This document shows, one piece after another, positions 29,250-38,103 of a stretch of 46,650 bases of DNA. This DNA is from Gammaproteobacteria bacterium. Lineage in GTDB: Bacteria > Pseudomonadota > Gammaproteobacteria > UBA4575. Every line of letters starts with the position of its first letter. Position 1 is the stretch's first letter. The position numbers were made by a program, and so were the translations under genes. Under the pieces are notes generated by a model. That model saw only the letters and a program-made list of their open reading frames with translations, was not told the DNA's origin and did not search any database. The stretch spans positions 1 to 46,650 of the forward strand of contig CBFHSW010000070.1 of NCBI GenBank assembly GCA_965658595.1, read 5' to 3'.

Positions 29250-30275
29250 TCATCTTCGCACTTCATCCAAGGGCCATCTTGGGTACACACGAACTTGTTT
29301 CGCTTCCAGTGTGCGTTTCTCGATAGCATGTAACAAACCCGCGTATGCCACCATCACACCATTGTCTGTGCAGACTTTTAGAGGCGGGAATAATATTTCT
29401 TTCCCCTGATCAGTAAAACCCTTGAATTTTTCACGCAAGGCTTGATTAGCGCTCACACCTCCTGCGATGACTAATGTATTGAGTTCGGTTTGTTGAAAAG
29501 CGCGAGCGCATTTCTCATACAGCGTGTCGACTATTGATGATTGAAACGCATACGCTGTCTCTTCCTGATCATGCTGACTTTGTGATGATTTTTGATAGCT
29601 CAGTAAGGTGTGTGTTTTGAGACCGCTAAAACTAAAGTCCAAACTATCGGCTTCCAACATGGACCTTGGGTATCTCATGGTTTTGTCGACAGCAGAGCGT
29701 GCCAGCTTCTCTATTATGGGCCCTCCGGGATAACCTAAACCCATATGTTTTGACACCTTATCGAATGCTTCACCCACAGCATCATCGCGGCTTTGGCCCA
29801 ATACTTGATAATCACCGAGGGCGCGCGCATGCACAATCAAGGTATGCCCACCCGACACCAGTAATGATAAAAATGGGAATTGTAATTGTTCAGGTGATTT
29901 TTGTGAGGCTTCAAGAAAAGGCACTAATAAATGCGCCTCCATATGATGAACTGGAATCGAAGGCACACCTAAAGCCCACGCTAGCGCCTCTCCAACAGAT
30001 GCCCCGACAAACAAGGCACCAACCAGACCGGGGCCTGCCGTATAAGCCACAGCATCAATGTCTTTAATAGTCAGTGATGCCTCTTGTAAACACGCTTTAA
30101 TCAAGGGCAGGCACTTACGCACATGATCGCGTGAGGCTAATTCAGGGACCACACCCCCATAATCAGCGTGTAATTCGACCTGAGAATAGAGACGTTCTGC
30201 TAGAATTTGCCCACTCTGATCAATGATGGCAATGCCAGTTTCATCACAAGATGACTCAATACCGAGGATTTTCAT
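29250..30275 (-). CDS. tsaD: tRNA N6-adenosine threonylcarbamoyltransferase
   Basis: MKILGIESSCDETGIAI, the HHMEAH metal site and SGGVSAN. It is divergent from rpsU, as is typical. Confidence 0.95.
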   Translation of the reverse strand: MKILGIESSCDETGIAIIDQSGQILAERLYSQVELHADYGGVVPELASRDHVRKCLPLIKACLQEASLTIKDIDAVAYTAGPGLVGALFVGASVGEALAWALGVPSIPVHHMEAHLLVPFLEASQKSPEQLQFPFLSLLVSGGHTLIVHARALGDYQVLGQSRDDAVGEAFDKVSKHMGLGYPGGPIIEKLARSAVDKTMRYPRSMLEADSLDFSFSGLKTHTLLSYQKSSQSQHDQEETAYAFQSSIVDTLYEKCARAFQQTELNTLVIAGGVSANQALREKFKGFTDQGKEILFPPLKVCTDNGVMVAYAGLLHAIEKRTLEAKQVRVYPRWPLDEVRR

Positions 30276-30317
30276 GAGATTTATAGGTTGTTTTTGCTAA
30301 AAATAGCGATTTAAGTG

Positions 30318-30345
30318 TTGAAATCGAGCATGGCACAATTATAAT
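30318..30345 (+). promoter_or_regulatory. candidate sigma-70 promoter for rpsU
   Basis: TTGAAA-N16-TATAAT lies ~127 nt upstream of the rpsU ATG, in the tsaD/rpsU divergent spacer. Motif match only. Confidence 0.4.
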
Positions 30346-30471
30346 CCATCGTCCCATGCGTCCATTGTACGATTCGTGAAAGCTATTTTACGCCAAAAAT
30401 GTTTGCGTAGAATAATTGAATCTCCCTATGGTCACATAATTTAAGCCCCAAACACACGATATTGAGGATTT

Positions 30472-30687
30472 ATGCCTGGAGTAAGAGTTAAAGAAAACGA
30501 GCCATTTGACGTAGCGTTAAGACGCTTCCGTCGTTCATGTGAAAAAGCCAGTGTACTTACAGAAGTACGCCGTCGTGAATTTTATGAAAAGCCCACATCA
30601 GTTCGCAAACGTAAAGCCGCCGCTGCAGTGAAGCGCAACCTCAAGCGCGTATCACGTACATCACTCAAGCGTAAGCGTCTTTACTAG
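30472..30687 (+). CDS. rpsU: 30S ribosomal protein S21
   Basis: [42 protein letters not shown] is nearly identical in pattern to E. coli S21. Confidence 0.97.
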   Translation: MPGVRVKENEPFDVALRRFRRSCEKASVLTEVRRREFYEKPTSVRKRKAAAAVKRNLKRVSRTSLKRKRLY

Positions 30688-30701
30688 ATTTATTATAATT
30701 T

Positions 30702-31157
30702 GTGTCAGACACTAGCCTGAAACAACAGCTCACTGCGGATATGAAATCCGCAATGAAAGCCAAAGATAAACAGCGTCTGACCACCATCCGCTTAATCCTT
30801 TCTGCCCTTAAGCAGGTTGAAGTTGATGAACGTATAGAGGTTGATGATGAGCGTCTAATTATCATTCTCGACAAGATGGCTAAGCAAAGACGTGAATCCA
30901 TCAGCCAATACAAGCAGGCAGGACGTGAGGACTTAGCTGAGATTGAACAGTCTGAGTTAGATATTATCAAGGCCTACCTTCCCGCAGCACTCTCCCAACA
31001 AGAGATTGCACAGTTAGTCGAACAAGCTATTACTGCCACCTCAGCCAGTTCAATGAAAGAGATGGGCAAAGTAATGGCTATGCTCAAGCCTCAACTCCAA
31101 GGTCGAGCTGATATGAGTCAAGTAAGCCAACTCATAAAAAGTCAATTGTCCAACTAG
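30702..31157 (+). CDS. GatB/YqeY domain-containing protein
   Basis: LKQQLTADMKSAMKAKDKQRLTTIRLILSALKQVEVDER is the typical YqeY N-terminus. GTG start, 14 nt after rpsU. Confidence 0.85.
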   Translation: MSDTSLKQQLTADMKSAMKAKDKQRLTTIRLILSALKQVEVDERIEVDDERLIIILDKMAKQRRESISQYKQAGREDLAEIEQSELDIIKAYLPAALSQQEIAQLVEQAITATSASSMKEMGKVMAMLKPQLQGRADMSQVSQLIKSQLSN

Positions 31158-31215
31158 TATTATTGCCTCTAAGACGTCACTATAGAGCGCATTACTCTAC
31201 CTACAGCCATCGCCC

Positions 31216-32283
31216 ATGACCGCGCTTAAAAACGATACTTTCATTCGTGCCCTACTCGGACAGCCGATAGACCACACGCCCATATGGATCATGCGCCAAG
31301 CAGGGCGTTACCTTCCTGAATATCGTGCCACGAGAGAAAAAGCAGGAGACTTCCTGACTTTGTGTAAGACTCCCGAGTTGGCTTGCCAAGTCACCATGCA
31401 ACCACTAGAACGTTTTGACTTGGATGCTGCCATCCTATTTTCAGACATACTGACTATTCCAGATGCCATGGGACTAGGATTAGAATTCCGTGAAGGTGAT
31501 GGACCAGTATTCACTCGCCCAATTCAAAGCTTACGTGACATAAAAAATCTGGCAGTACCTGACCCACATGATGAATTAGATTATGTCATGCAAGCTGTCT
31601 CAACCATACGCAGAGAACTCGATGGTCGTGTGCCATTGATTGGCTTTTCTGGTAGTCCATGGACTCTAGCTACTTACATGGTGGAAGGTGGTTCCTCTAA
31701 AGATTTCGCTAAAATCAAAGGTCTGCTTTACACCAGCCCTAAAGAAACTGAGCACTTGCTTGATATTATTAGTGACAGTGTTGCCAGCTACCTGAATGCA
31801 CAAATTGAAGCTGGCGCCCAAACTGTCATGATATTTGATACATGGGGCGGCACGCTCACACCTGAACATTATCGCTGCTATTCATTGGCACCGATGATAC
31901 GAGCTGTTGAAAAATTGCATCGTGAATATGACGGTGCAACCATACCTGTCATTTTATTCTCTAAGGGAGCTAATCATTCGCTTAATGAGTTAGCCGACTC
32001 AGGTGCTAATGGGGTGGGATTGGATTGGACTATCAATATTAACGATGCCAGCGACATCGTCGGTGACCGTGTCTCTTTACAGGGCAACTTAGATCCTACC
32101 GTGCTTTACAGCACACCTGAGACGGTTATTGAACAAGCCAAGAAAATTCTTGACGCTTACCCTAAGCATAGCGGCCATGTTTTCAATTTAGGGCATGGCA
32201 TACATCCAGGCATCAAACCTGAAAATGTAAAAGCTTTGGTAGACTTCGTTCATCAATATAGCCGCGACCAAAAATCCAGATAA
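31216..32283 (+). CDS. hemE: uroporphyrinogen decarboxylase
   Basis: [34 protein letters not shown] is the canonical HemE N-terminus. 355 aa. Confidence 0.95.
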   Translation: MTALKNDTFIRALLGQPIDHTPIWIMRQAGRYLPEYRATREKAGDFLTLCKTPELACQVTMQPLERFDLDAAILFSDILTIPDAMGLGLEFREGDGPVFTRPIQSLRDIKNLAVPDPHDELDYVMQAVSTIRRELDGRVPLIGFSGSPWTLATYMVEGGSSKDFAKIKGLLYTSPKETEHLLDIISDSVASYLNAQIEAGAQTVMIFDTWGGTLTPEHYRCYSLAPMIRAVEKLHREYDGATIPVILFSKGANHSLNELADSGANGVGLDWTININDASDIVGDRVSLQGNLDPTVLYSTPETVIEQAKKILDAYPKHSGHVFNLGHGIHPGIKPENVKALVDFVHQYSRDQKSR

Positions 32284-32325
32284 AACACTTCAATCTGCAA
32301 TGACCATGAATGCTGATGGGTGTTT

Positions 32326-34815
32326 TTAAAACAGCTGCTCTATCGGTTTTTGTTCAATTGGTCCTTGGGTATCAGCATCAGTCTCTTGGTTAGTATTAAG
32401 CTGATGACGAGCTGGCACTTGATTAAGCAAGAAAGCTTCTTCAATCCCTTCTTCAAAATCATCATCAACAAGCAACCCTGTATCAGGATGCACTTTCAGC
32501 TGCACCATGTTGTTGGGCAATCGTGTCTGTGTGGAAGGCACACCTTTTAACGCAAAACGCATATAGTCAATCCAAATAGGTAATGCCGCCACTCCACCCG
32601 CTTCCCTGCGTCCCAATGACTGAGGATCATCAAAACCCAACCAAACAACTGTAGCGGCCTGTTTATGAAAGCCCGCAAACCAAGCGTCAGTTTGATCATT
32701 GGTTGTACCTGTCTTACCTGCAATATCTTTACGCTCTAATACTCTGGCTCTACGCCCTGTGCCATATTGGATCACATCATTGAGCATGCTGGTAAGTTGA
32801 TAAATATTTGACTCGCTCACCACACGCGGGGCAAAATCCTGTGGTGGCATGTCAGTGGACACTTGTTCATCAATCAGATCATTCTCCATCTCTGCTTCAG
32901 ATTTGAATTCCGACTCGAATTCTAATTCGAATTCTAATTGTGAGAACTCATTATTAATCTGCATACACTGCGCATCACAAATCACTGCAGGTCTAGCTGT
33001 AAATATGTCGTCTTCTTGAAACTTTTGGATACGCTCGATGAAATAAGGCTGCACCTCATACCCACCATTTGCGATCACACTATATCCTTGTGCTATTTGC
33101 ATCGGTGTCATCGCACTGCTTCCCAGCGCCAGTGTTAGATCATTTGGTAACTGTGCAGTATCAAAACCAAATTTAGCGATGTGTTGCTTGGCAAAAGATT
33201 TGCCGATATCTCTGAGCAGTCTGATTGAGACCATATTACGCGACTTGGTCAAAGCCAAGCGAAGTCGTGTCGGTCCAAAGAACTTGCCAGAATAATTATG
33301 GGGCCGCCAAGCATCTTCTGTTTGCTTGCTCTCAAATACCACTGGTGCATCATTGACTAAACTAGCCGGCGTAAATCCTGCTTCTAATGCTGCTGAATAT
33401 ATAAATGGCTTAAACGAAGAACCCGGTTGTCTGGACGCCTGTATGACACGGTTGAATTTACTATCATAAAAATCAAAACCACCCACTAAAGCCACTACCG
33501 ACCCATCCTCTGGATGAATGGAAACAATCGCACTTGAAGCGGCGGGTTTTTGCCGTAACTGCCAACCCAAATCAGTGTGTTGTACTCGAATCACATCACC
33601 TACTGCCAGCACATTAGTCACTTTTTCTGGTCTAGGTCCAAGTGCATTGACTGACAAATATTCTCTTGCCCACTTAACTGCCTCTAGATCTAGAGTGATG
33701 ATGTTTCGATCTACTATCACCTGAGCTGTAGTTTCATCCACCTGTGTAACAACACCCGGCTGTAAAGGACCAATATCGCTAAACTTACGTATCTGCTCTG
33801 ACAGAAGATCAGGATCTAGCATCACCTCTTGTTCAATTTGCATCTCTGCACCTCGATATCCATGACGCATATCGTAAGCCATCAAACCCGCTTGTAATGC
33901 TCGCACTGCAACTTGTTGTTTGTCTGCATCTATCGTCGTGTAAACGTTATAGCCTACCGAGTAAGCACTCTCTCCATAGGTCTCCACCATATACGCTCTT
34001 ACCATCTCACCGATATAAGGAGCATCTACCTCTACATTAATAGAGTGTTTTCGCGCCACAATGGGGGCATCCAGAAATTCCTGGTATTGCTGTTGTGTAA
34101 TCATTTTCAACTTATTCATGCGACCTAAAACATAGTCACGACGAATTTTTGCACGCTTGGCATTAGTCACAGGATTATAAGCAGAGGGAGCTTTAGGTAA
34201 ACCGGCGATCATAGCCAGCTGAGGAATTGTCAATTCTTGTATGGTTTTGCCGTAATAGACCTCAGCAGCCGCGCCCACACCATAAGCACGTTGTCCTAGG
34301 TATATTTTATTTAGATATAGCTCAAGGATTTCATTCTTAGATAGTGTTTTTTCAATTCTCAGGGCCAACAAGATTTCTTTTATCTTGCGTGAATAAGTTC
34401 GTTCTGGAGTGAGAAAGAAATTTCTCGCCAATTGCATAGTAATAGTGCTGCCACCTTGCACCTTACGGCCAGTCATAATCAAATTAAGACCCGCTCTGAT
34501 GATGCCTTGGTAATCAACACCCGGATGTGAATAAAAACGATCATCCTCTGCCGCCAAGTAGGCATTGACCAAATGAGCGGGCATTTCTTCATAAGAAACA
34601 GGAATTCTGCGTTTTTCACCAAACACTGCGATCAATTTTCCATCACGACTGAACACCTTAAGCGGTGTCTGTAGCTGCACATCTTTGAGTGTTTCCACTG
34701 ACGGTAATTGTTGTGAGTAAAAAACCACTACGGCCGCTGCTAGACCAATAATAGCGACAGACAGGATTAGAAACCGGATAAAAGCCGTTTTGAGAGCGCT
34801 CAAAGACAATGACAT
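32326..34815 (-). CDS. mrcA: penicillin-binding protein 1A (bifunctional glycosyltransferase/transpeptidase)
   Basis: GT51 motifs AAEDDRFYSHPG, GGSTITMQL and RKIKE. Transpeptidase motifs SSFK (SxxK) and KTGTT. N-terminal TM anchor. 829 aa. Confidence 0.93.
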   Translation of the reverse strand: MSLSLSALKTAFIRFLILSVAIIGLAAAVVVFYSQQLPSVETLKDVQLQTPLKVFSRDGKLIAVFGEKRRIPVSYEEMPAHLVNAYLAAEDDRFYSHPGVDYQGIIRAGLNLIMTGRKVQGGSTITMQLARNFFLTPERTYSRKIKEILLALRIEKTLSKNEILELYLNKIYLGQRAYGVGAAAEVYYGKTIQELTIPQLAMIAGLPKAPSAYNPVTNAKRAKIRRDYVLGRMNKLKMITQQQYQEFLDAPIVARKHSINVEVDAPYIGEMVRAYMVETYGESAYSVGYNVYTTIDADKQQVAVRALQAGLMAYDMRHGYRGAEMQIEQEVMLDPDLLSEQIRKFSDIGPLQPGVVTQVDETTAQVIVDRNIITLDLEAVKWAREYLSVNALGPRPEKVTNVLAVGDVIRVQHTDLGWQLRQKPAASSAIVSIHPEDGSVVALVGGFDFYDSKFNRVIQASRQPGSSFKPFIYSAALEAGFTPASLVNDAPVVFESKQTEDAWRPHNYSGKFFGPTRLRLALTKSRNMVSIRLLRDIGKSFAKQHIAKFGFDTAQLPNDLTLALGSSAMTPMQIAQGYSVIANGGYEVQPYFIERIQKFQEDDIFTARPAVICDAQCMQINNEFSQLEFELEFESEFKSEAEMENDLIDEQVSTDMPPQDFAPRVVSESNIYQLTSMLNDVIQYGTGRRARVLERKDIAGKTGTTNDQTDAWFAGFHKQAATVVWLGFDDPQSLGRREAGGVAALPIWIDYMRFALKGVPSTQTRLPNNMVQLKVHPDTGLLVDDDFEEGIEEAFLLNQVPARHQLNTNQETDADTQGPIEQKPIEQLF
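32905..32940. repeat. three tandem 12-bp units (GAATTC-containing) inside mrcA, encoding an acidic EFELEFESEF insert
   Basis: The plus strand reads gaattccgactc gaattctaattc gaattctaattg. On the coding strand this gives QLEFELEFESEF within the stretch EFSQLEFELEFESEFKSEAEMENDLIDEQ. Confidence 0.7.
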
Positions 34816-34977
34816 AGGACTAAAATAACTAAAAGTTCATGAGTGAGTAGTGTGACAAACAATTTGCCACAAAGTGCTTTTTATCACGAATCAAAAAAAC
34901 TCTCATCAACTATCAAGCGATGAGATGGAAATATAAAAATAAAATATAGATAAAACCCATAACTATAGGAAAGTTCA

Positions 34978-35052
34978 GTGTTTAACATCGGTCAATCTCA
35001 ACAACCCACTTTGGGCATTGATATCAGCACTAGTTGCATCAAAGTGTTACAA
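34978..35052 (+). pseudogene. pilM: pilM 5' remnant (type IV pilus assembly ATPase-like protein PilM, first ~25 codons)
   Basis: The GTG frame reads VFNIGQSQQPTLGIDISTSCIKVLQ, matching the PilM N-terminus (..TLLGIDISSTSVKLLEL..). Similarity then stops, and the frame terminates at 35149-35151 after 57 codons. Confidence 0.75.
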
Positions 35053-35060
35053 CCATCGCC

Positions 35061-35201
35061 ACATCAAAAGTGCCATTCTTTGGGGACTTACCGATTGCAG
35101 GAAGATTATTCAGAAATGAGAGTAAAAGTAATAATAAAAAAGAATTACTGATCTTCATGACCCCTAAAATAATCGATGAAGAATTAAACATCACGCTTTA
35201 A
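35061..35201 (+). pseudogene. pilQ: pilQ 3' remnant (secretin C-terminal ~45 codons, no start codon)
   Basis: A different frame reads TSKVPFFGDLPIAGRLFRNESKSNNKKELLIFMTPKIIDEELNITL*. This is the secretin C-terminal signature VPxLGDIPxxGxLF...ELLIFxTPxI. The stop lies 80 nt before aroK. Confidence 0.8.
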
Positions 35202-35280
35202 TCCAAAATCATCACATAAAACGCCCTGCGCTGATGGATTTTTTTGTTTAAAATGATATCAAATCATTCAATGCACAATT

Positions 35281-35808
35281 ATGCGCAAACACATCATCTT
35301 AATTGGCCCAATGGGTGCGGGGAAATCTTCGCTCGGTAAACGACTCGCCAAACGGCTAGATTGCCCTTTTTATGATAGTGACCATTTTCTGGAAGAGCGC
35401 ACTGGTGTCAAAATCACTACCATCTTTGAATTAGAGGGCGAAGATGGATTTCGTACACGCGAACACAATATGCTGGAAGAACTACTAACACATGATGCAG
35501 GAGTGATTGCTACCGGTGGAGGAATCGTCACCCATGACAGAAATCATATTATTCTTAGACAAGCGGACAATATCGTTATTTACCTGGTGGCCTGTGTAGA
35601 CTCTCAACTTAAACGCACCTCACATGACAAATCACGTCCTCTGCTTCAAACACCTGATCGTCATGCTAAACTGCAATCATTGGCCCAACAGCGCAGTCCT
35701 TTGTATGAACAGTTTGCAGACATCATTATCGATACTGACAAACAAAACATCAATCGATCTATCGACTTAATCATGCAACAACTTAAGCGATTAAAGCTTC
35801 TGAGTTAA
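35281..35808 (+). CDS. aroK: shikimate kinase
   Basis: ILIGPMGAGKSSLGKRLA P-loop, DSD, and GGG in the lid region. 175 aa. Confidence 0.95.
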   Translation: MRKHIILIGPMGAGKSSLGKRLAKRLDCPFYDSDHFLEERTGVKITTIFELEGEDGFRTREHNMLEELLTHDAGVIATGGGIVTHDRNHIILRQADNIVIYLVACVDSQLKRTSHDKSRPLLQTPDRHAKLQSLAQQRSPLYEQFADIIIDTDKQNINRSIDLIMQQLKRLKLLS

Positions 35809-35860
35809 AACCAAGATCACATCACCATTAGCCACTAAGTATTACTAATCAATAGACTCT

Positions 35861-36952
35861 ATGGAAACACTTACGGTACAACTCAATACACGCTCATACC
35901 CAATCTATATTGGGGAAGATATTCTCGAACGTGACAATCTCATCAGTCAACACATCAAAAGTCAGCGTGTCGTCATTATCAGTAATGAAACGGTTGCACC
36001 TTTATATCTGACACCATTAAAAAATGCTCTCAAGGCATTTGAATGCCATGAGATTATTTTACCTGATGGTGAGCAGTACAAAAACATGCTGACCTTGGAA
36101 ACTATATTTGATGCGCTTTTGGAACAACGCTGTCCACGCGATGCAACCATAGTTGCTCTCGGCGGCGGTGTGATTGGAGATATTACTGGTTTTGCTGCTG
36201 CCTGCTATCAACGTGGCGTCGACTTCATACAAGTCCCGACTACATTATTATCACAAGTGGATTCATCCGTCGGAGGTAAAACAGGCATCAATCATACCCT
36301 GGGTAAAAATATGATCGGGGCATTTTATCAACCGCAATGTGTGATAGCAGATATTCATACACTACAGAGTTTACCCCCACGTGAATTAAGCGCCGGTATA
36401 GCAGAAGTCATTAAATATGGATTATTGGGTGATAAAGATTTTTTTAACTGGCTAGAAAACAATATGTCCAGCCTAATGCAGCTGGATAGTGCTGCCGTGA
36501 CTTATGCCATACAGACTTCATGTCAGTGTAAGGCAGACATCGTTGCCAGCGACGAGCAAGAAAAAAGCGGCCGTCGTGCATTATTGAATTTAGGGCACAC
36601 CTTTGGACATGCTATTGAAACAGGCATGGGCTATGGCACCTGGTTACATGGTGAGGCCGTAGCTTGCGGGATGGCTGTGGCCGCTGAGTTTTCTGCCCGC
36701 TTAGGGTGGTTAGCTGATGATGACGTAGTCAGAATTAAACACGTACTGGAAAGCGCACATCTTCCTGTAGCGATACCACAACAATTAAGTGCAGAACAAA
36801 TGCTAGATTTAATGGCACTCGACAAAAAAGTACAAGCAGGCAAACTTAATCTGATTCTGCTAACAAAAATCGGGGAGGCAGTAATGACTCATGAGTATGA
36901 TCAAGCATTACTATTAGCCATGTTAACTGACTTAACTTCATCAACAAATTAA
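35861..36952 (+). CDS. aroB: 3-dehydroquinate synthase
   Basis: GGGVIGDITGFAAA, VPTTLLSQVDSSVGGKTGINH and the LNLGHTFGHAIE metal site. Confidence 0.95.
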   Translation: METLTVQLNTRSYPIYIGEDILERDNLISQHIKSQRVVIISNETVAPLYLTPLKNALKAFECHEIILPDGEQYKNMLTLETIFDALLEQRCPRDATIVALGGGVIGDITGFAAACYQRGVDFIQVPTTLLSQVDSSVGGKTGINHTLGKNMIGAFYQPQCVIADIHTLQSLPPRELSAGIAEVIKYGLLGDKDFFNWLENNMSSLMQLDSAAVTYAIQTSCQCKADIVASDEQEKSGRRALLNLGHTFGHAIETGMGYGTWLHGEAVACGMAVAAEFSARLGWLADDDVVRIKHVLESAHLPVAIPQQLSAEQMLDLMALDKKVQAGKLNLILLTKIGEAVMTHEYDQALLLAMLTDLTSSTN

Positions 36953-36956
36953 GCCT

Positions 36957-38099
36957 ATGGCCTCCCTGTCACTAGCGCCGTATGCTGTTACACAACAACA
37001 CTCCATAGGACGAGATACGTCCGAGATCTCATGTAATACTCGCTCAGAATTTCAAAGAGATAGAGACCGCATTATTCACTGTACAGCATTCCGACGCTTG
37101 GAATATAAAACTCAGGTCTTTATCAATCATGAAGGGGATTTGTATCGCACTCGTTTAACCCACTCTCTTGAGGTAGCACAGATTGCACGCTCCATTGCTC
37201 GTGCTTTGCTACTGAATGAAGATCTCACAGAAGCCATTGCTCTTGCCCATGATGTCGGTCATACACCATTTGGACATGCAGGACAGGATGCACTCAATCA
37301 TTGCATGCGAGAATATGGTGGCTTCGAACATAATTTTCAGTCTTTACGTGTGGTAGAACATCTAGAAGAAAAGTACCCTGAGTTCGATGGGTTGAATTTA
37401 ATGTTTGATACACGCGAGGGCATACTCAAACATTGCTCATTGAAAAATGCACGACATATGGGCGCTCTGGGTCAACGCTTCATTGATAGAACTCAACCTA
37501 GTCTGGAAGCACAACTGACCAACATTGCCGATGAAATAGCCTATAACAACCATGATGTTGATGACGGTCTGCGTTCCGGTCTAATCTCAATTCAACAGCT
37601 CAGAGAATGCAGCTTATTTGCCTCCCACTTTGAATCTGTTGAGAATCAATATCCCGGCTTATCCGATAAAAGAAAAGCTCAAACTGTGATACGTAACATG
37701 ATAGATCGTTGTGTGACCGATTTAATTGAGACCACTCAAAATAATATTACACAGCAAGAAATAAAAAGTATTGAGGATGTGCGTAACAATAACCAACCAC
37801 TGGCTGGCTTCAGTCCAGAAATAAAAACCCAGATTGTCGAGCTCAAATCATTTCTCCACAGCAACCTCTACCAACATGAACAGGTTGCGGCTATGAGTCT
37901 TAATGCTAAAACAACTATTAGCACTTTATTTGATGGCTTTTTTGAGGACAGCGCCTTACTGCCCCAAGAGCATCAAAAAAAGGCATTACACAAACAACAA
38001 AATCAAGGGGTTGATGGATATGCGCGTGTGATTTCAGACTATATTGCCGGCATGACCGACCGATATGCACAAGCTGAATACCAGCGCTTGAAAACTTAA
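36957..38099 (+). CDS. dgt: dGTP triphosphohydrolase-like HD-domain protein
   Basis: FQRDRDRIIHCTAFRRLEYKTQVF, RLTHSLEVAQI and LAHDVGHTPFGH. It starts 4 nt after aroB. Confidence 0.85.
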   Translation: MASLSLAPYAVTQQHSIGRDTSEISCNTRSEFQRDRDRIIHCTAFRRLEYKTQVFINHEGDLYRTRLTHSLEVAQIARSIARALLLNEDLTEAIALAHDVGHTPFGHAGQDALNHCMREYGGFEHNFQSLRVVEHLEEKYPEFDGLNLMFDTREGILKHCSLKNARHMGALGQRFIDRTQPSLEAQLTNIADEIAYNNHDVDDGLRSGLISIQQLRECSLFASHFESVENQYPGLSDKRKAQTVIRNMIDRCVTDLIETTQNNITQQEIKSIEDVRNNNQPLAGFSPEIKTQIVELKSFLHSNLYQHEQVAAMSLNAKTTISTLFDGFFEDSALLPQEHQKKALHKQQNQGVDGYARVISDYIAGMTDRYAQAEYQRLKT

Positions 38100-38103
38100 C
38101 TGC

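Noticed and set aside
29666-30067. 133-aa ORF on the plus strand
   Set aside because: It lies entirely antisense within tsaD, whose product is unmistakable. Its composition is Pro/Arg/His-rich, as expected of antisense translation, and it has no motif or RBS.
30665-30970. 101-aa minus-strand ORF
   Set aside because: It is antisense to the GatB/YqeY gene and overlaps the rpsU end. It is Ser/Arg/Cys-rich and has no support.
32320-32550. 76-aa plus-strand ORF after hemE
   Set aside because: It is antisense to the 3' end of the PBP1A gene, so it is a shadow ORF.
32905-32940. GAATTC-containing tandem repeats as a possible CRISPR or other non-coding repeat array
   Set aside because: There are only three 12-bp units, they are in frame, and they lie inside a conserved PBP1A gene. 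This is a coding micro-repeat, not an array.
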